The notes under the pieces were generated by a model. The model saw only the letters and a program-made list of their open reading frames with translations, was not told the DNA's origin and did no database searches. A program made the position numbers and the translations under genes. A stretch of DNA of 64,000 bases from positions 1-64,000 of the IMG/VR virus record IMGVR_UViG_3300013121_000037; one strand, 5' to 3'. This stretch comes from a virus. Its lineage: Duplodnaviria > Caudoviricetes. Positions 39,590-48,440 of this stretch are shown in pieces. Each line of letters begins with the position of its first letter. Position 1 is the first letter of the stretch.

Positions 39590-39787
39590 TCAATCCAGAT
39601 TGGTCTGGTCAGCCTGTTCAGCCAGGATGTCGCTGGCGCGGTCGGCGACCTGCTGCGGGTCCAGACCCTGCTGCTGGGCTTTCTGAACCAGTGCCTTGTG
39701 CGCCCGGCGTTCTTTGGCCACCTCGGCAGAACTCTCCTCGGCGTCCAACCATTCTTCAGTGCTCAACTGCAATTCGTCCGGCATCAC
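39590..39787 (-). CDS. small acidic protein downstream of GNAT domain (possible immunity)
   Basis: 65 aa, overlaps stop of upstream gene. Confidence 0.5.
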   Translation of the reverse strand: MMPDELQLSTEEWLDAEESSAEVAKERRAHKALVQKAQQQGLDPQQVADRASDILAEQADQTNLD

Positions 39788-41727
39788 GCACCACCTTTCC
39801 GCTTCTGGAGATACTTCGCCAGTTTGTACTGCGCCCAGGAATTCTCCCGCAGGTCAAACCGCGCCTCATTCAGACTCTGCCCATGCACCAACCACCAATC
39901 CGCACCGGTGATCTTCTCCCGCTTCCGCTCCGGTCGCCCCCGCTTTTTGTCAAACTCGGACAACTTCGTCCTTATATTATTCGCTTCCTCGGGTGGAAGA
40001 TTTACTTCAGGTGCGTCAAAGATGTCCTGCACCGTTTCGGCATCCGGGAACAGTGCGGCCACCTTCTGGCCCAGACTGCCCTGATAGACTTTGAGCGTGG
40101 CAATGGTCTGGTCGTAGCCAAAGAGCGGCCAGGTGTAGTAACCATTCATGCCGCCGCCAAACCCGCCTGCCGCCCAGGTGGCAATGTAGTCAAATCCATG
40201 CGCCGTAGCGTTGTCTACCTGTCGGGTGAAGAGTTCCAGACCAACGCCTTTGGGGGCACTGTCGGCAGTTTCCAGCAACAGGTTGTGGATATAACGCCGC
40301 CCCTGACTGTCCACGCCAATAAAGCGCTCGGCAGAATCCAGATGGGTATGGAAACCATCCACCCGGAGTCCCCAGGAACCCGGCACGTCGTCATCCTCCC
40401 CCACCCGCAGCACCGTCACACGGCCATCATCTGGCATGCCCGCCAGTGACGCCAGCGCCTGGTAGGCAGCCTTCTCCTGCTCTGCGGACGTACCAGTATG
40501 GAATGCCTGTGGGAACAGTTTTCGTAACTGGTCCAGCACCTCCTGTCTGGATACACCACGCTCCAGAGACACCGAAGCCTGACTGACCGGCAACCGCTCC
40601 CGCTCATAAGGTGGCGCCTGCGCCGGTACAATCGCCTGCAGGTTGTCCAGTTCATCCTCAACCGGTTCCGCTTCCTCTTCTTCCTCCTCCGGAAGCGGCA
40701 TATCCTGTTCATCAGCCCGCTCGTTAACTTCGGCAACCACCTGGTCACGGTCTGTGGACCAGTCCCCTACCGCAGTTTCACTGTTGCTGCTGTCCCGTTC
40801 CTCCCAGCGCCACACATCCTGTGCTTCACTGTCAAGATCATCCGGGTAGGGGTCATAGGTACCCGGAACCACATAGATGTTCTGCTCCCAGACATTGTTA
40901 TCATCATCCACATGGTTCCAGGATCGCGTCAGTTCCCGGTCCCGCCAGTCCCGGTCCACAGCGTCATCGTCAATCGTGCCATCCCAATCAGGCAAATCCT
41001 CATTATTATCGCTGGCATAAGAATTGCCGTCCTCAATGGCTTGCTGGCGGTCAGCAGTCCACTCACCCACCTCCAGTTCGTTGCCAGCGTCATCCCTGGC
41101 CTCCCAGCGCCACACATCCCGAATTGGACTACCACTTACATCTGGGAAGGGATCATACTCCCCGTGTACCAGAACCACCTGATTTTGTTCTGGCACACCA
41201 TGCCGATTCACGGTGCGAAAACGCTGCAATCTCTCTGCTACCCGCTCATCAGGGGCAACCGTGTCAATGTTCTCATCCACCGTGCCATCCCACTGCGGTA
41301 GCGGTTTCGGTTTGCTGGATGGTTTATCCTGCGCTGGCTTGCTGGCAGGTTTCCCACCCGCTGGCTTTTCCGGACGCTCAGGCGGCGTCTGCCGGGGTTT
41401 CTGCCCACCACCCGGTTTCCCGGTCAACCGTGCCTTCTCCGCTGGCGTAGCCTGGGCCACCACCTCTGCCGGGATGAACTGGCCCCCCTTGAACTTCTGG
41501 CCCCCAATCGAGATGCCGCCCTTCGGCGCATGGCGTGCCTCGTAATGGGCCGACTGCGTAAAAGTAGACTGTTTTGTGGAAAAACTTTTGCCCACATCGT
41601 GATCGTCCACCACGGGCAAGTCAGCGATACCCCAATCAGCAGGGACTGGTTCAGCGGCAGACACCAGTGTGATATGACTGGTGTCATCATCCAGAAACCT
41701 TGACCGTTGCGCAGTTGCTATCATCAT
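39784..41727 (-). CDS. polyvalent protein with C-terminal GNAT-like acetyltransferase
   Basis: KGVGLELFTRQV...GFDYIATWAAG...NGYYTWPLFGYD; ATG 41727 overlaps portal stop. Confidence 0.65.
   Translation of the reverse strand: MMIATAQRSRFLDDDTSHITLVSAAEPVPADWGIADLPVVDDHDVGKSFSTKQSTFTQSAHYEARHAPKGGISIGGQKFKGGQFIPAEVVAQATPAEKARLTGKPGGGQKPRQTPPERPEKPAGGKPASKPAQDKPSSKPKPLPQWDGTVDENIDTVAPDERVAERLQRFRTVNRHGVPEQNQVVLVHGEYDPFPDVSGSPIRDVWRWEARDDAGNELEVGEWTADRQQAIEDGNSYASDNNEDLPDWDGTIDDDAVDRDWRDRELTRSWNHVDDDNNVWEQNIYVVPGTYDPYPDDLDSEAQDVWRWEERDSSNSETAVGDWSTDRDQVVAEVNERADEQDMPLPEEEEEEAEPVEDELDNLQAIVPAQAPPYERERLPVSQASVSLERGVSRQEVLDQLRKLFPQAFHTGTSAEQEKAAYQALASLAGMPDDGRVTVLRVGEDDDVPGSWGLRVDGFHTHLDSAERFIGVDSQGRRYIHNLLLETADSAPKGVGLELFTRQVDNATAHGFDYIATWAAGGFGGGMNGYYTWPLFGYDQTIATLKVYQGSLGQKVAALFPDAETVQDIFDAPEVNLPPEEANNIRTKLSEFDKKRGRPERKREKITGADWWLVHGQSLNEARFDLRENSWAQYKLAKYLQKRKGGA
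41554..41595. repeat. 42-bp variant palindrome in-frame in GNAT protein
   Basis: Encodes VGKSFSTKQSTFTQ. Confidence 0.9.
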
Positions 41728-44513
41728 ACCACCTGATCCAGATACAGGACATGCACGGTTTTCTGGCCCACTTTTTTTTGTTCCATCCTGGTGCAAGCAA
41801 AGCGACTGTTATGCGGTAGCATCATTTCATCCTCTTTAGGAACCATGCTATAGGGCATGCCATCCAATCCCAGTCGTGCTCGAATCACCAGCACCACATC
41901 TCCTTCTTTTACAAACTGATGCTGGTCACTGGTACTGGTAGAAACAATGCCAGCAAATTGCAGCAGTTTGCCTTTTTTGGCCTGCAGTGACTCCTGCGCA
42001 TCGGCCACCAATTTCTTGACAAAGTCATTGCCAGCATGACCGCTTACCCCGCGATAAACAGTCACCGGTTGCGCAAACGGTTGCGCCTTGGCAAACGCTG
42101 TCTCCAGGTGCTGTAACAGTTGAATGTCAGTTTTCGTGGCCTTGCCTTGCTGACGCAAGACCACATTTAACTGTTCGTGATAACCAGAACCAGCATAAGC
42201 ACCGATGGAATTCTTTTCGGCATTGGTCAAACTGGGACGGGTCGCATCGGGTAGCAACCTGTTGGGACGATTACCAGCATGGGGCAGAAAATCCTGATCG
42301 AAATCAAGTTGCTGGGGCATGCTTTTCAGTGCGGTCTGCAAATATTCCTTGGTAACCGTTGGCTCATACAATTTCGCCAACTTCAGCAGGCGGTCCCAGT
42401 CGGCATCTTTGGCCAAATCTGCCGTGCCTTCCTGAAACATCAAGCGCTTGAGTACACGCTGCGTGCGGGCCGCTTTGCCCTGCACCAGTTGCCCCACATG
42501 CTCGGCAACCACCTTGCCCACATCACCTACCACATGATGCCGAATGCCTGCTTCACGCGCCACCTCCTGCTGGTAGCCAAACGGCAGCGCGTTAACCAGG
42601 TCGGCCAGATGCTCAACATCACCTGGGGACAATTCGTCGGCACTCAGCATGGCCTGCACGTGAGCATGCACCTGCTCCTTTGTTTGGGGCTTGATGTCGG
42701 GATGGTGTTCATCCACCGCTTTCTTGCCCAGCAATTTGCCCAGCCACCCCGGCGAATTGGCCTGTGCCTTCAGAGCAGCCACCTTGCGCGGTTCACTCTT
42801 CTCCGCCGCCTGCAGTGCCGTATCCGGGATGAACCGTCCCCCCGGATAGAACGTCCCGTTGACGGTTACCCCACCCCTGGGCGCATGCACCTGCGCGTAA
42901 TGCGCCGACTGCGCAAAACTCGACTGTCTACTTTTGCCCACCCGCTGCATTTGTGCCGCAGGTTCCTGGTCGGCACCACCGTCCAGCCACTCATCTCCCT
43001 CCCGCTCCGGTACAGGTGTCTGCCCCAGCAAACTGTCGTCCTCTTGCTGCTGGTCAGCGTCCGGTGGTTGCTGCTGATCCATCCCGGGTTGTCCAGGCAT
43101 GCCACCGGGTTGCTGCTGCTGGCCCCCAATGACCTCATCACCCTCCTGCGGTGCGGAGGCACCTGTCAGGGCGCGTACCTCGTCCATGATGAACGTGACC
43201 CCCAGACTGGCCGCCGTCTGGATGGCCTGCAGTCGCTTCTGCGGGTCCGGTTCGTCGATGTCAAAGACCCAGCGCGGATAGATCCGGTCATAGGTGTCCG
43301 GCAAGGTCCAGCGCTGAATTACCCGCACAAAATCCCAGGTCAGCGTTTCCGCCAAATTGTTGGCATCAAAAGCAATGATCTTGCTCTTGGTGGCTGCGTG
43401 CATGGCCGCCACCCCCGTACCACCCAACCCCGAACCCTCCGTGTCCGAGGATAACGTCTGCCCTATGATAAACCGCTCCTGGAACTCGTCAATGTAGGTG
43501 ATGAGCTTGAACAGCAGTTCCGGTCCCGCCGTGGCCACATCCACATATTCCACCGGGGCCTTTTGCTGTGAATCCGGATTGCGCGGCACCAGGATATTGA
43601 CCCTTCGGGCATTGTCCTCCGCCGCCTCCTGCACCTCGCGCCGACTGCGGTCATTGCCGCTCTCGTAATACCAGAGCCGTACCCCCAACCCCGCCCGTTC
43701 GGCCCAGTCCGAGATGTTGGAAATCCACTCCATTTTGAGCCAGTTCCACCAGTACAGCACATGCCGCAAACCAATGCCGTGAATGGCCTCCGCCATCTCC
43801 GCATTCAGAAAGTCCTCATCGGAGACAATGTGCCGGTGAATGATGAACCGCTCACGCCAGTCCTGCCTTCTGAGCACCACCGCCCGCCCCCCCATCGTGC
43901 TGGAGGTGTACTCGATGCTGGCATTCGGGATGTCATCCTCCCCCGAGGCTGCATAGACGTGGATCCATGGGATATGGTCGTAGGTGTGGCCAATCTTGTC
44001 GCCATTGACCGGCAGATGCCGCTCGGCCACCAGCGAGCGAATCCCGCCAATGGCGCGGAATTGCCAGTCCAGTTGCACACCGTAACGACCATACCAGACC
44101 GCATCCAGCAGATTGCGAATCAGGTGGAACAGATAGGGAGTGCGGCGAATCACACTGGTCAGGTGCTTCTTGACAAACGTGTGCTCCTCATCGCGGTCGT
44201 CATCGGTGTCCAGATGCCATTTGAGCGAGACGGTCCCCAGATAGCGTTCCTGCAACTTGCCCATCAGGTTGACATCCACCCGCATGGCCAGAGCATCTTC
44301 CCGCGAGTGTCGCATCGCCTCATCAAAGCGCCCGTGAAAATACTTGCGCCAGGCCAGACCCAGGAAGGAGTTGAAGGTCAGGACATGCGGGATGGCAAAA
44401 CCATCGGACATTTCGCTATAGCGCACCGGAGTGCCATCCGGATACACCAACCCGCCTTGTGGCTGAGATGGCGAAAAAAAACCGTTGTGTCGCTGGCCAT
44501 TGACCGGAAACAT
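41724..44513 (-). CDS. portal protein (DUF935/Mu gp29-like) fused to C-terminal VIP2-like ART
   Basis: LLDAVWYG...IIGQTLSS...LAETLT...PRWVF portal pattern; tail AY...LNVVLR...VYRG...STS...EDEMML; start MFPVNG at 44513. Confidence 0.8.
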   Translation of the reverse strand: MFPVNGQRHNGFFSPSQPQGGLVYPDGTPVRYSEMSDGFAIPHVLTFNSFLGLAWRKYFHGRFDEAMRHSREDALAMRVDVNLMGKLQERYLGTVSLKWHLDTDDDRDEEHTFVKKHLTSVIRRTPYLFHLIRNLLDAVWYGRYGVQLDWQFRAIGGIRSLVAERHLPVNGDKIGHTYDHIPWIHVYAASGEDDIPNASIEYTSSTMGGRAVVLRRQDWRERFIIHRHIVSDEDFLNAEMAEAIHGIGLRHVLYWWNWLKMEWISNISDWAERAGLGVRLWYYESGNDRSRREVQEAAEDNARRVNILVPRNPDSQQKAPVEYVDVATAGPELLFKLITYIDEFQERFIIGQTLSSDTEGSGLGGTGVAAMHAATKSKIIAFDANNLAETLTWDFVRVIQRWTLPDTYDRIYPRWVFDIDEPDPQKRLQAIQTAASLGVTFIMDEVRALTGASAPQEGDEVIGGQQQQPGGMPGQPGMDQQQPPDADQQQEDDSLLGQTPVPEREGDEWLDGGADQEPAAQMQRVGKSRQSSFAQSAHYAQVHAPRGGVTVNGTFYPGGRFIPDTALQAAEKSEPRKVAALKAQANSPGWLGKLLGKKAVDEHHPDIKPQTKEQVHAHVQAMLSADELSPGDVEHLADLVNALPFGYQQEVAREAGIRHHVVGDVGKVVAEHVGQLVQGKAARTQRVLKRLMFQEGTADLAKDADWDRLLKLAKLYEPTVTKEYLQTALKSMPQQLDFDQDFLPHAGNRPNRLLPDATRPSLTNAEKNSIGAYAGSGYHEQLNVVLRQQGKATKTDIQLLQHLETAFAKAQPFAQPVTVYRGVSGHAGNDFVKKLVADAQESLQAKKGKLLQFAGIVSTSTSDQHQFVKEGDVVLVIRARLGLDGMPYSMVPKEDEMMLPHNSRFACTRMEQKKVGQKTVHVLYLDQVV
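42909..42941. repeat. 33-bp palindrome in-frame at portal/ART junction
   Basis: Encodes VGKSRQSSFAQ. Confidence 0.95.
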
Positions 44514-44586
44514 AACCCTGTCCCCCACTGGTTTACGGTGCCAGTGTAGACAGAACTGGTATCCTGTAGCGATTGGCCGCTCTAAC

Positions 44587-45811
44587 GTAAACTTCCCCCC
44601 GCCTTCAGGCGTGGGGCTTTCCGGCTGAGCATTAGCCCGCCAGTTCTGGGGCAGCGTTACGAGACTGCCCAAGCCATGAAAGATTCACGGCGGCGTTGTA
44701 ATCGGCGTTCGTGGAGTATTCGCAGTGCAGACAACGAAACTCACTCTGACTCTTGCGGTTGCCCTTCTCGCAATGTCCACACTGCGAGCAAGTCCGGCTG
44801 GTGTTGCGTGGATCAACAAGGATCACTGGGACACCGGCAAGTCGAGATTTGTACTCCACGAACGAACGCAACTGAAAGAAGGACCAACCTGCATGACGTG
44901 CTCGTTGCCGCTTGCGAAGCCGTTGTTCCGTACGCTGGCGAATGCCCGTGAGTTCTTCCAGGGCAATGCCGCGTCCGGTGCCTTTAGCCGTGGCAACAAG
45001 CTGCTTGCTGATCCGATGGTTTTCGTGTCGCCGAAAGCGTGCTTCACGCCCGGCCAGATTCTTCAATCGCTTCTTCGCTCCTCTGGTTCCTTTCTTCTGC
45101 AACCGGCAACGGTTGCGCTGATGTTTCTGGCGAACATTTTCAACTTGCTCACCGGTGTGAGTGTTGCCATCCGAATCGGTGGCGATATTGACGATGCCCA
45201 GATCGACACCAATGAAGTCCGTGGCTGGGACAGGCGAACCGTCAGGAACATCTACAGTGACGAGCAAAAACCACTTGCCGTCCTTGCGCAGCACGAGATC
45301 GGCTTGCCCCTTACGCAGCGTGAACCGTTCACGCTGGTAAGCCCCAAGTACAAAGGCGACCACGATACGACCCGTCAATGTCCACAGACTTACACGGTCG
45401 ATACCCTGAAAGCCCATGACACGCTGGTCGTACGTTATAGCGGCGTGCTTGCGGAACCTGGGACGTTTACTCCTGTCCCGCTTGTACGCTTCGACAACGC
45501 GATGGATGCACAGAATAGCCGTCTGCGCTGACAACTCAAAACGCTCCCGGACCTCACGATAGAGGAGTTTTTGGGCGGTGATCTTGTTGGCGAGTTGGCG
45601 TGAGAACAACTCGCCGGCAATCCAGTCGGCGGCAGCGTTAAATCGCTCCATCGTCTGGCGGAGAGTTTCCTTTTGTTCGGCGTCAGGTAGCAATTGGAGT
45701 TGCACGGTAAGTTTCATGCTTTTATCTTAGGAATGATTCACTCAAAGGTCAATTAGTTGCAACGCGATTCCTCCCCATGCCTTTAGGCAAGGGATTCCTC
45801 GCTAGGTTCAG
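44587..45811 (-). mobile_element. IS200/IS605-family (IS1341-type) solo-tnpB element; boundaries approximate
   Basis: Subterminal hairpins AAGCCCCACGCCTGAAGGCGGGGGGAAGTTTAC (right end) and CCCTTGCCTAAAGGCATGGGG (left end); no tnpA. Confidence 0.75.
44632..45717 (-). CDS. tnpB: RNA-guided nuclease TnpB
   Basis: RuvC GVDLG / IALEEL / NADYNAA plus CSQC...CLHC zinc finger. Confidence 0.95.
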   Translation of the reverse strand: MKLTVQLQLLPDAEQKETLRQTMERFNAAADWIAGELFSRQLANKITAQKLLYREVRERFELSAQTAILCIHRVVEAYKRDRSKRPRFRKHAAITYDQRVMGFQGIDRVSLWTLTGRIVVAFVLGAYQRERFTLRKGQADLVLRKDGKWFLLVTVDVPDGSPVPATDFIGVDLGIVNIATDSDGNTHTGEQVENVRQKHQRNRCRLQKKGTRGAKKRLKNLAGREARFRRHENHRISKQLVATAKGTGRGIALEELTGIRQRTEQRLRKRQRARHAGWSFFQLRSFVEYKSRLAGVPVILVDPRNTSRTCSQCGHCEKGNRKSQSEFRCLHCEYSTNADYNAAVNLSWLGQSRNAAPELAG

Positions 45812-45957
45812 TTGACGGCAGACCGGGAATGTACCAGAATGGACGGCGAACAAGGGGGAAATGAGCGAGCCAGAGGTGCCACCCGCCTCTGGCTCGCTGG
45901 CGTTTTATTCACAATTCCTGGTTGCAACTGGCAGGTCACTGCGCAAAATGCTACTGT

Positions 45958-46650
45958 CTACTTTTGCCCAGCACTGTCTTTGGCCCACTGGAGACAGGCC
46001 GCGGACATGATTTCTATGGCCGCAACCCTGGAATGGTATTCTCTGGGAAGTTGCTTACGCAACCGGATCAGATACTGTTGTAATGGTTCCGGGATAAAGA
46101 ACTGCTGCCCCCACCGTGCGGAGAAAAGCCAATAATACATATCCAATTCAGGGTTATTACTTTCTGGACCAGTGAACGGTTCCTGGCTGCCACTTAGGCG
46201 GTGCCGCTCTGCTGCCCCCAGTTGCCCCATCTGAAACGGTTCCTTGTCACTCAGCGTGACTTCCTGCACCGGTTGCTGCCGCACGATGGCCGGACCATGC
46301 TGGAGCCAGTCAGAGCAGGTACAGGTGACAGAGCAAACGAACCCACGAGAATATGTTGACGTGAATCCTGGTAGACGCACACCCCAGCGACAAAAGTCTT
46401 TCCCTAACAACTGTTGTTCACGCATCCGCAGGCATTTTTCCTCGCGGTCAGCATCCTGGTTACCCGTCGCCACAGGTTGCCCATCTGGCGGCACCCCGAA
46501 CCGCGCCGCCAGTTCGCACTGCACCCGGATAAACTCCGCCCGCTCCGAATCACCATGTTCATCCAGCCAGTCCGCATAGATGAGACGTGGAGCATCCTCG
46601 GATGGTTCCTCCAGGATGGCTGCCAGCAATGCCTGCTGCTGTTCGCTCAT
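45958..46650 (-). CDS. TIGR02996 domain protein (copy 3)
   Basis: LLAAILEEPSEDAPRLIYADWLDEHGDSERAEFIRVQC; stop inside 33-bp repeat. Confidence 0.85.
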   Translation of the reverse strand: MSEQQQALLAAILEEPSEDAPRLIYADWLDEHGDSERAEFIRVQCELAARFGVPPDGQPVATGNQDADREEKCLRMREQQLLGKDFCRWGVRLPGFTSTYSRGFVCSVTCTCSDWLQHGPAIVRQQPVQEVTLSDKEPFQMGQLGAAERHRLSGSQEPFTGPESNNPELDMYYWLFSARWGQQFFIPEPLQQYLIRLRKQLPREYHSRVAAIEIMSAACLQWAKDSAGQK

Positions 46651-46656
46651 GACTAC

Positions 46657-47121
46657 TTACCGAGATGGCAGGATGAAGGCGGGCAGGGTGGTATCATCCA
46701 CCCGCCGCAGTTCCACCAGGTCACAGGGTTGGGTCGTTTCTTGCAGGAACGGGATCAACGCACCATCAGGAACGATGTCAAAGGACGAGTGCCAGAGCCG
46801 GAGCACGAATTGCTTGCGATACCAGTCCTCGTACACTGCCTCAATCACCACATCGTCTGGAATGCCGCGGATGACTGGCAGTTGCAAGCAGTGCCGCTCG
46901 CCATTCCAGGCCCGCAGCACATCCAGCACCCAATTGTGATTGACTGCCACCAGTTTGTATCGCCTCTCCCGCTGAATCACCTTGTTCACAGGTTGTTCCC
47001 CCGTTGGCGCCGCCAGGCAGTTGGCCTGAGGCAAGAACTGCGCACACCTGTCATACAGATCAGCGGCGCCGTCTGCTTCATCCCACACCACTAGCAAACG
47101 CCGCACACCCTCTTTGCTCAT
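46657..47121 (-). CDS. hypothetical protein
   Basis: ORF with HSSFDIVPDG motif. Confidence 0.5.
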   Translation of the reverse strand: MSKEGVRRLLVVWDEADGAADLYDRCAQFLPQANCLAAPTGEQPVNKVIQRERRYKLVAVNHNWVLDVLRAWNGERHCLQLPVIRGIPDDVVIEAVYEDWYRKQFVLRLWHSSFDIVPDGALIPFLQETTQPCDLVELRRVDDTTLPAFILPSR

Positions 47122-47648
47122 AATCTCATCGCTAGTCCCGTCAACTCAATCCAACCCCGGAATATCCCAACGGTTCAATGCCGCTTCCAGTTCCTGTATC
47201 CGGGCCTGCAAGCGGGCATTCTCGTCCCTCTCTGCTGCCAGCAGGCGAATGTACGCAGGCAACGCCATGCGTGCGAGTGCCATGAAAACGCCATCCTCAT
47301 GACGATGCACACTGGGAGGTGTGGTACGCAGCATCCCTGACTGGTCAGGATTGGTGCGATGCAGTGGACCTGGTCCATACAGGTACACGTTGGCCGTGAC
47401 GTTAGACCACGCTACCTGCCACGGTCCCGGTATCGCCATTACCTGCACTCCCTGTCACTGCGCAAAACTCGACTGTCTACTTTTGCCCACCTGCTATGAC
47501 CATCGCACCCGTCTGTACCTGCGCCGCAGTCGCTTACCCTGCACTGGCAGGACGCGGGCAGGTTTGTCCCACTGGCGACAGCGGCGAATCTCTGCCACTC
47601 GCCGCCGCGTTTCTGCCAGTTTGTACCCGCCACGGGAGCGTGTACCCA

Positions 47649-48440
47649 TCAGTTGACTCCAAACTGGCAACCACAATTCGGGCAGTGCTCGCCATACTCA
47701 GGGTCACCCTCATCCGCGACCATTGGCGCATGGGTGCTGCAATACACCCCTACCTGCGGATGTCCCCGCCCATCACCACAATCACGACCCTGCGCCAGAC
47801 AGGTTGCCGGTTGTTCGCAACCAGCGTACTGGCACTGCTGCCCCGGTTGCACCGCCAGCACCGCCTTGCTTAATTGCTCACGCAACCGCTGATTCTCTTG
47901 CCGGAGCAAACCTGACTCGTTCCACGGTGAGTAGTACCACGTCCAGAACCGGCCACCACCGCTGCTGCTTTTGCTGCTCAGGCATAACCGCGTGTCTTGC
48001 GCGAAATCGTGGATGTGCATTAGTAGCAACCGTTCCTGCTCCTCCTCTACATGCAGTGGCTTTTCATCCTGGTCCGTTGGCACGTCGATGGCCACCACCT
48101 TTTTCTCCTGGTTCTCCCAGCGCGGCGTGGGCAGGAATTTTCGTACCGCCCTGTAGGCAGCAGCATCTGCCAGGTTGCGGTGGGCCTGCACGGCATACTC
48201 CAGATGCTGCACCGCCCGCTTCAGTCCGGGCAGATGCTGCAAGATGCTGCTTATCACTGCTTCCTCACTGGCATCTCCTGCTTCCACGCTGGACACCTGC
48301 CAGGCCATCTCCGCCAGCGGCACCAGCACTTCACCAATGACCTTTGTGTACGGCGACTTACCGCCTTCAGCATCCTCAACAGCGTACCGTAACTTGTCGT
48401 GAAAGAACCCACCCACCGCTTCACCGAATTCGCGTGACAT
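47649..48440 (-). CDS. hypothetical protein with C-terminal Cys cluster
   Basis: Start MSREFG after AGAGGA RBS. Confidence 0.5.
   Translation of the reverse strand: MSREFGEAVGGFFHDKLRYAVEDAEGGKSPYTKVIGEVLVPLAEMAWQVSSVEAGDASEEAVISSILQHLPGLKRAVQHLEYAVQAHRNLADAAAYRAVRKFLPTPRWENQEKKVVAIDVPTDQDEKPLHVEEEQERLLLMHIHDFAQDTRLCLSSKSSSGGGRFWTWYYSPWNESGLLRQENQRLREQLSKAVLAVQPGQQCQYAGCEQPATCLAQGRDCGDGRGHPQVGVYCSTHAPMVADEGDPEYGEHCPNCGCQFGVN

Noticed and set aside
44514-44672. N-terminal extension of the portal ORF to 44672
   Set aside because: It runs through the IS right end and overlaps tnpB; the ATG at 44513 is the more plausible start.
44587-45811. TnpB element as source or mobiliser of the palindromes
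   Set aside because: Its end hairpins share no sequence with the 33-bp consensus and no TnpA is present.
3938-46650. Diversity-generating retroelement acting on TIGR02996 paralogs
   Set aside because: No reverse transcriptase and no near-identical TR/VR pair with adenine-specific mismatches seen.
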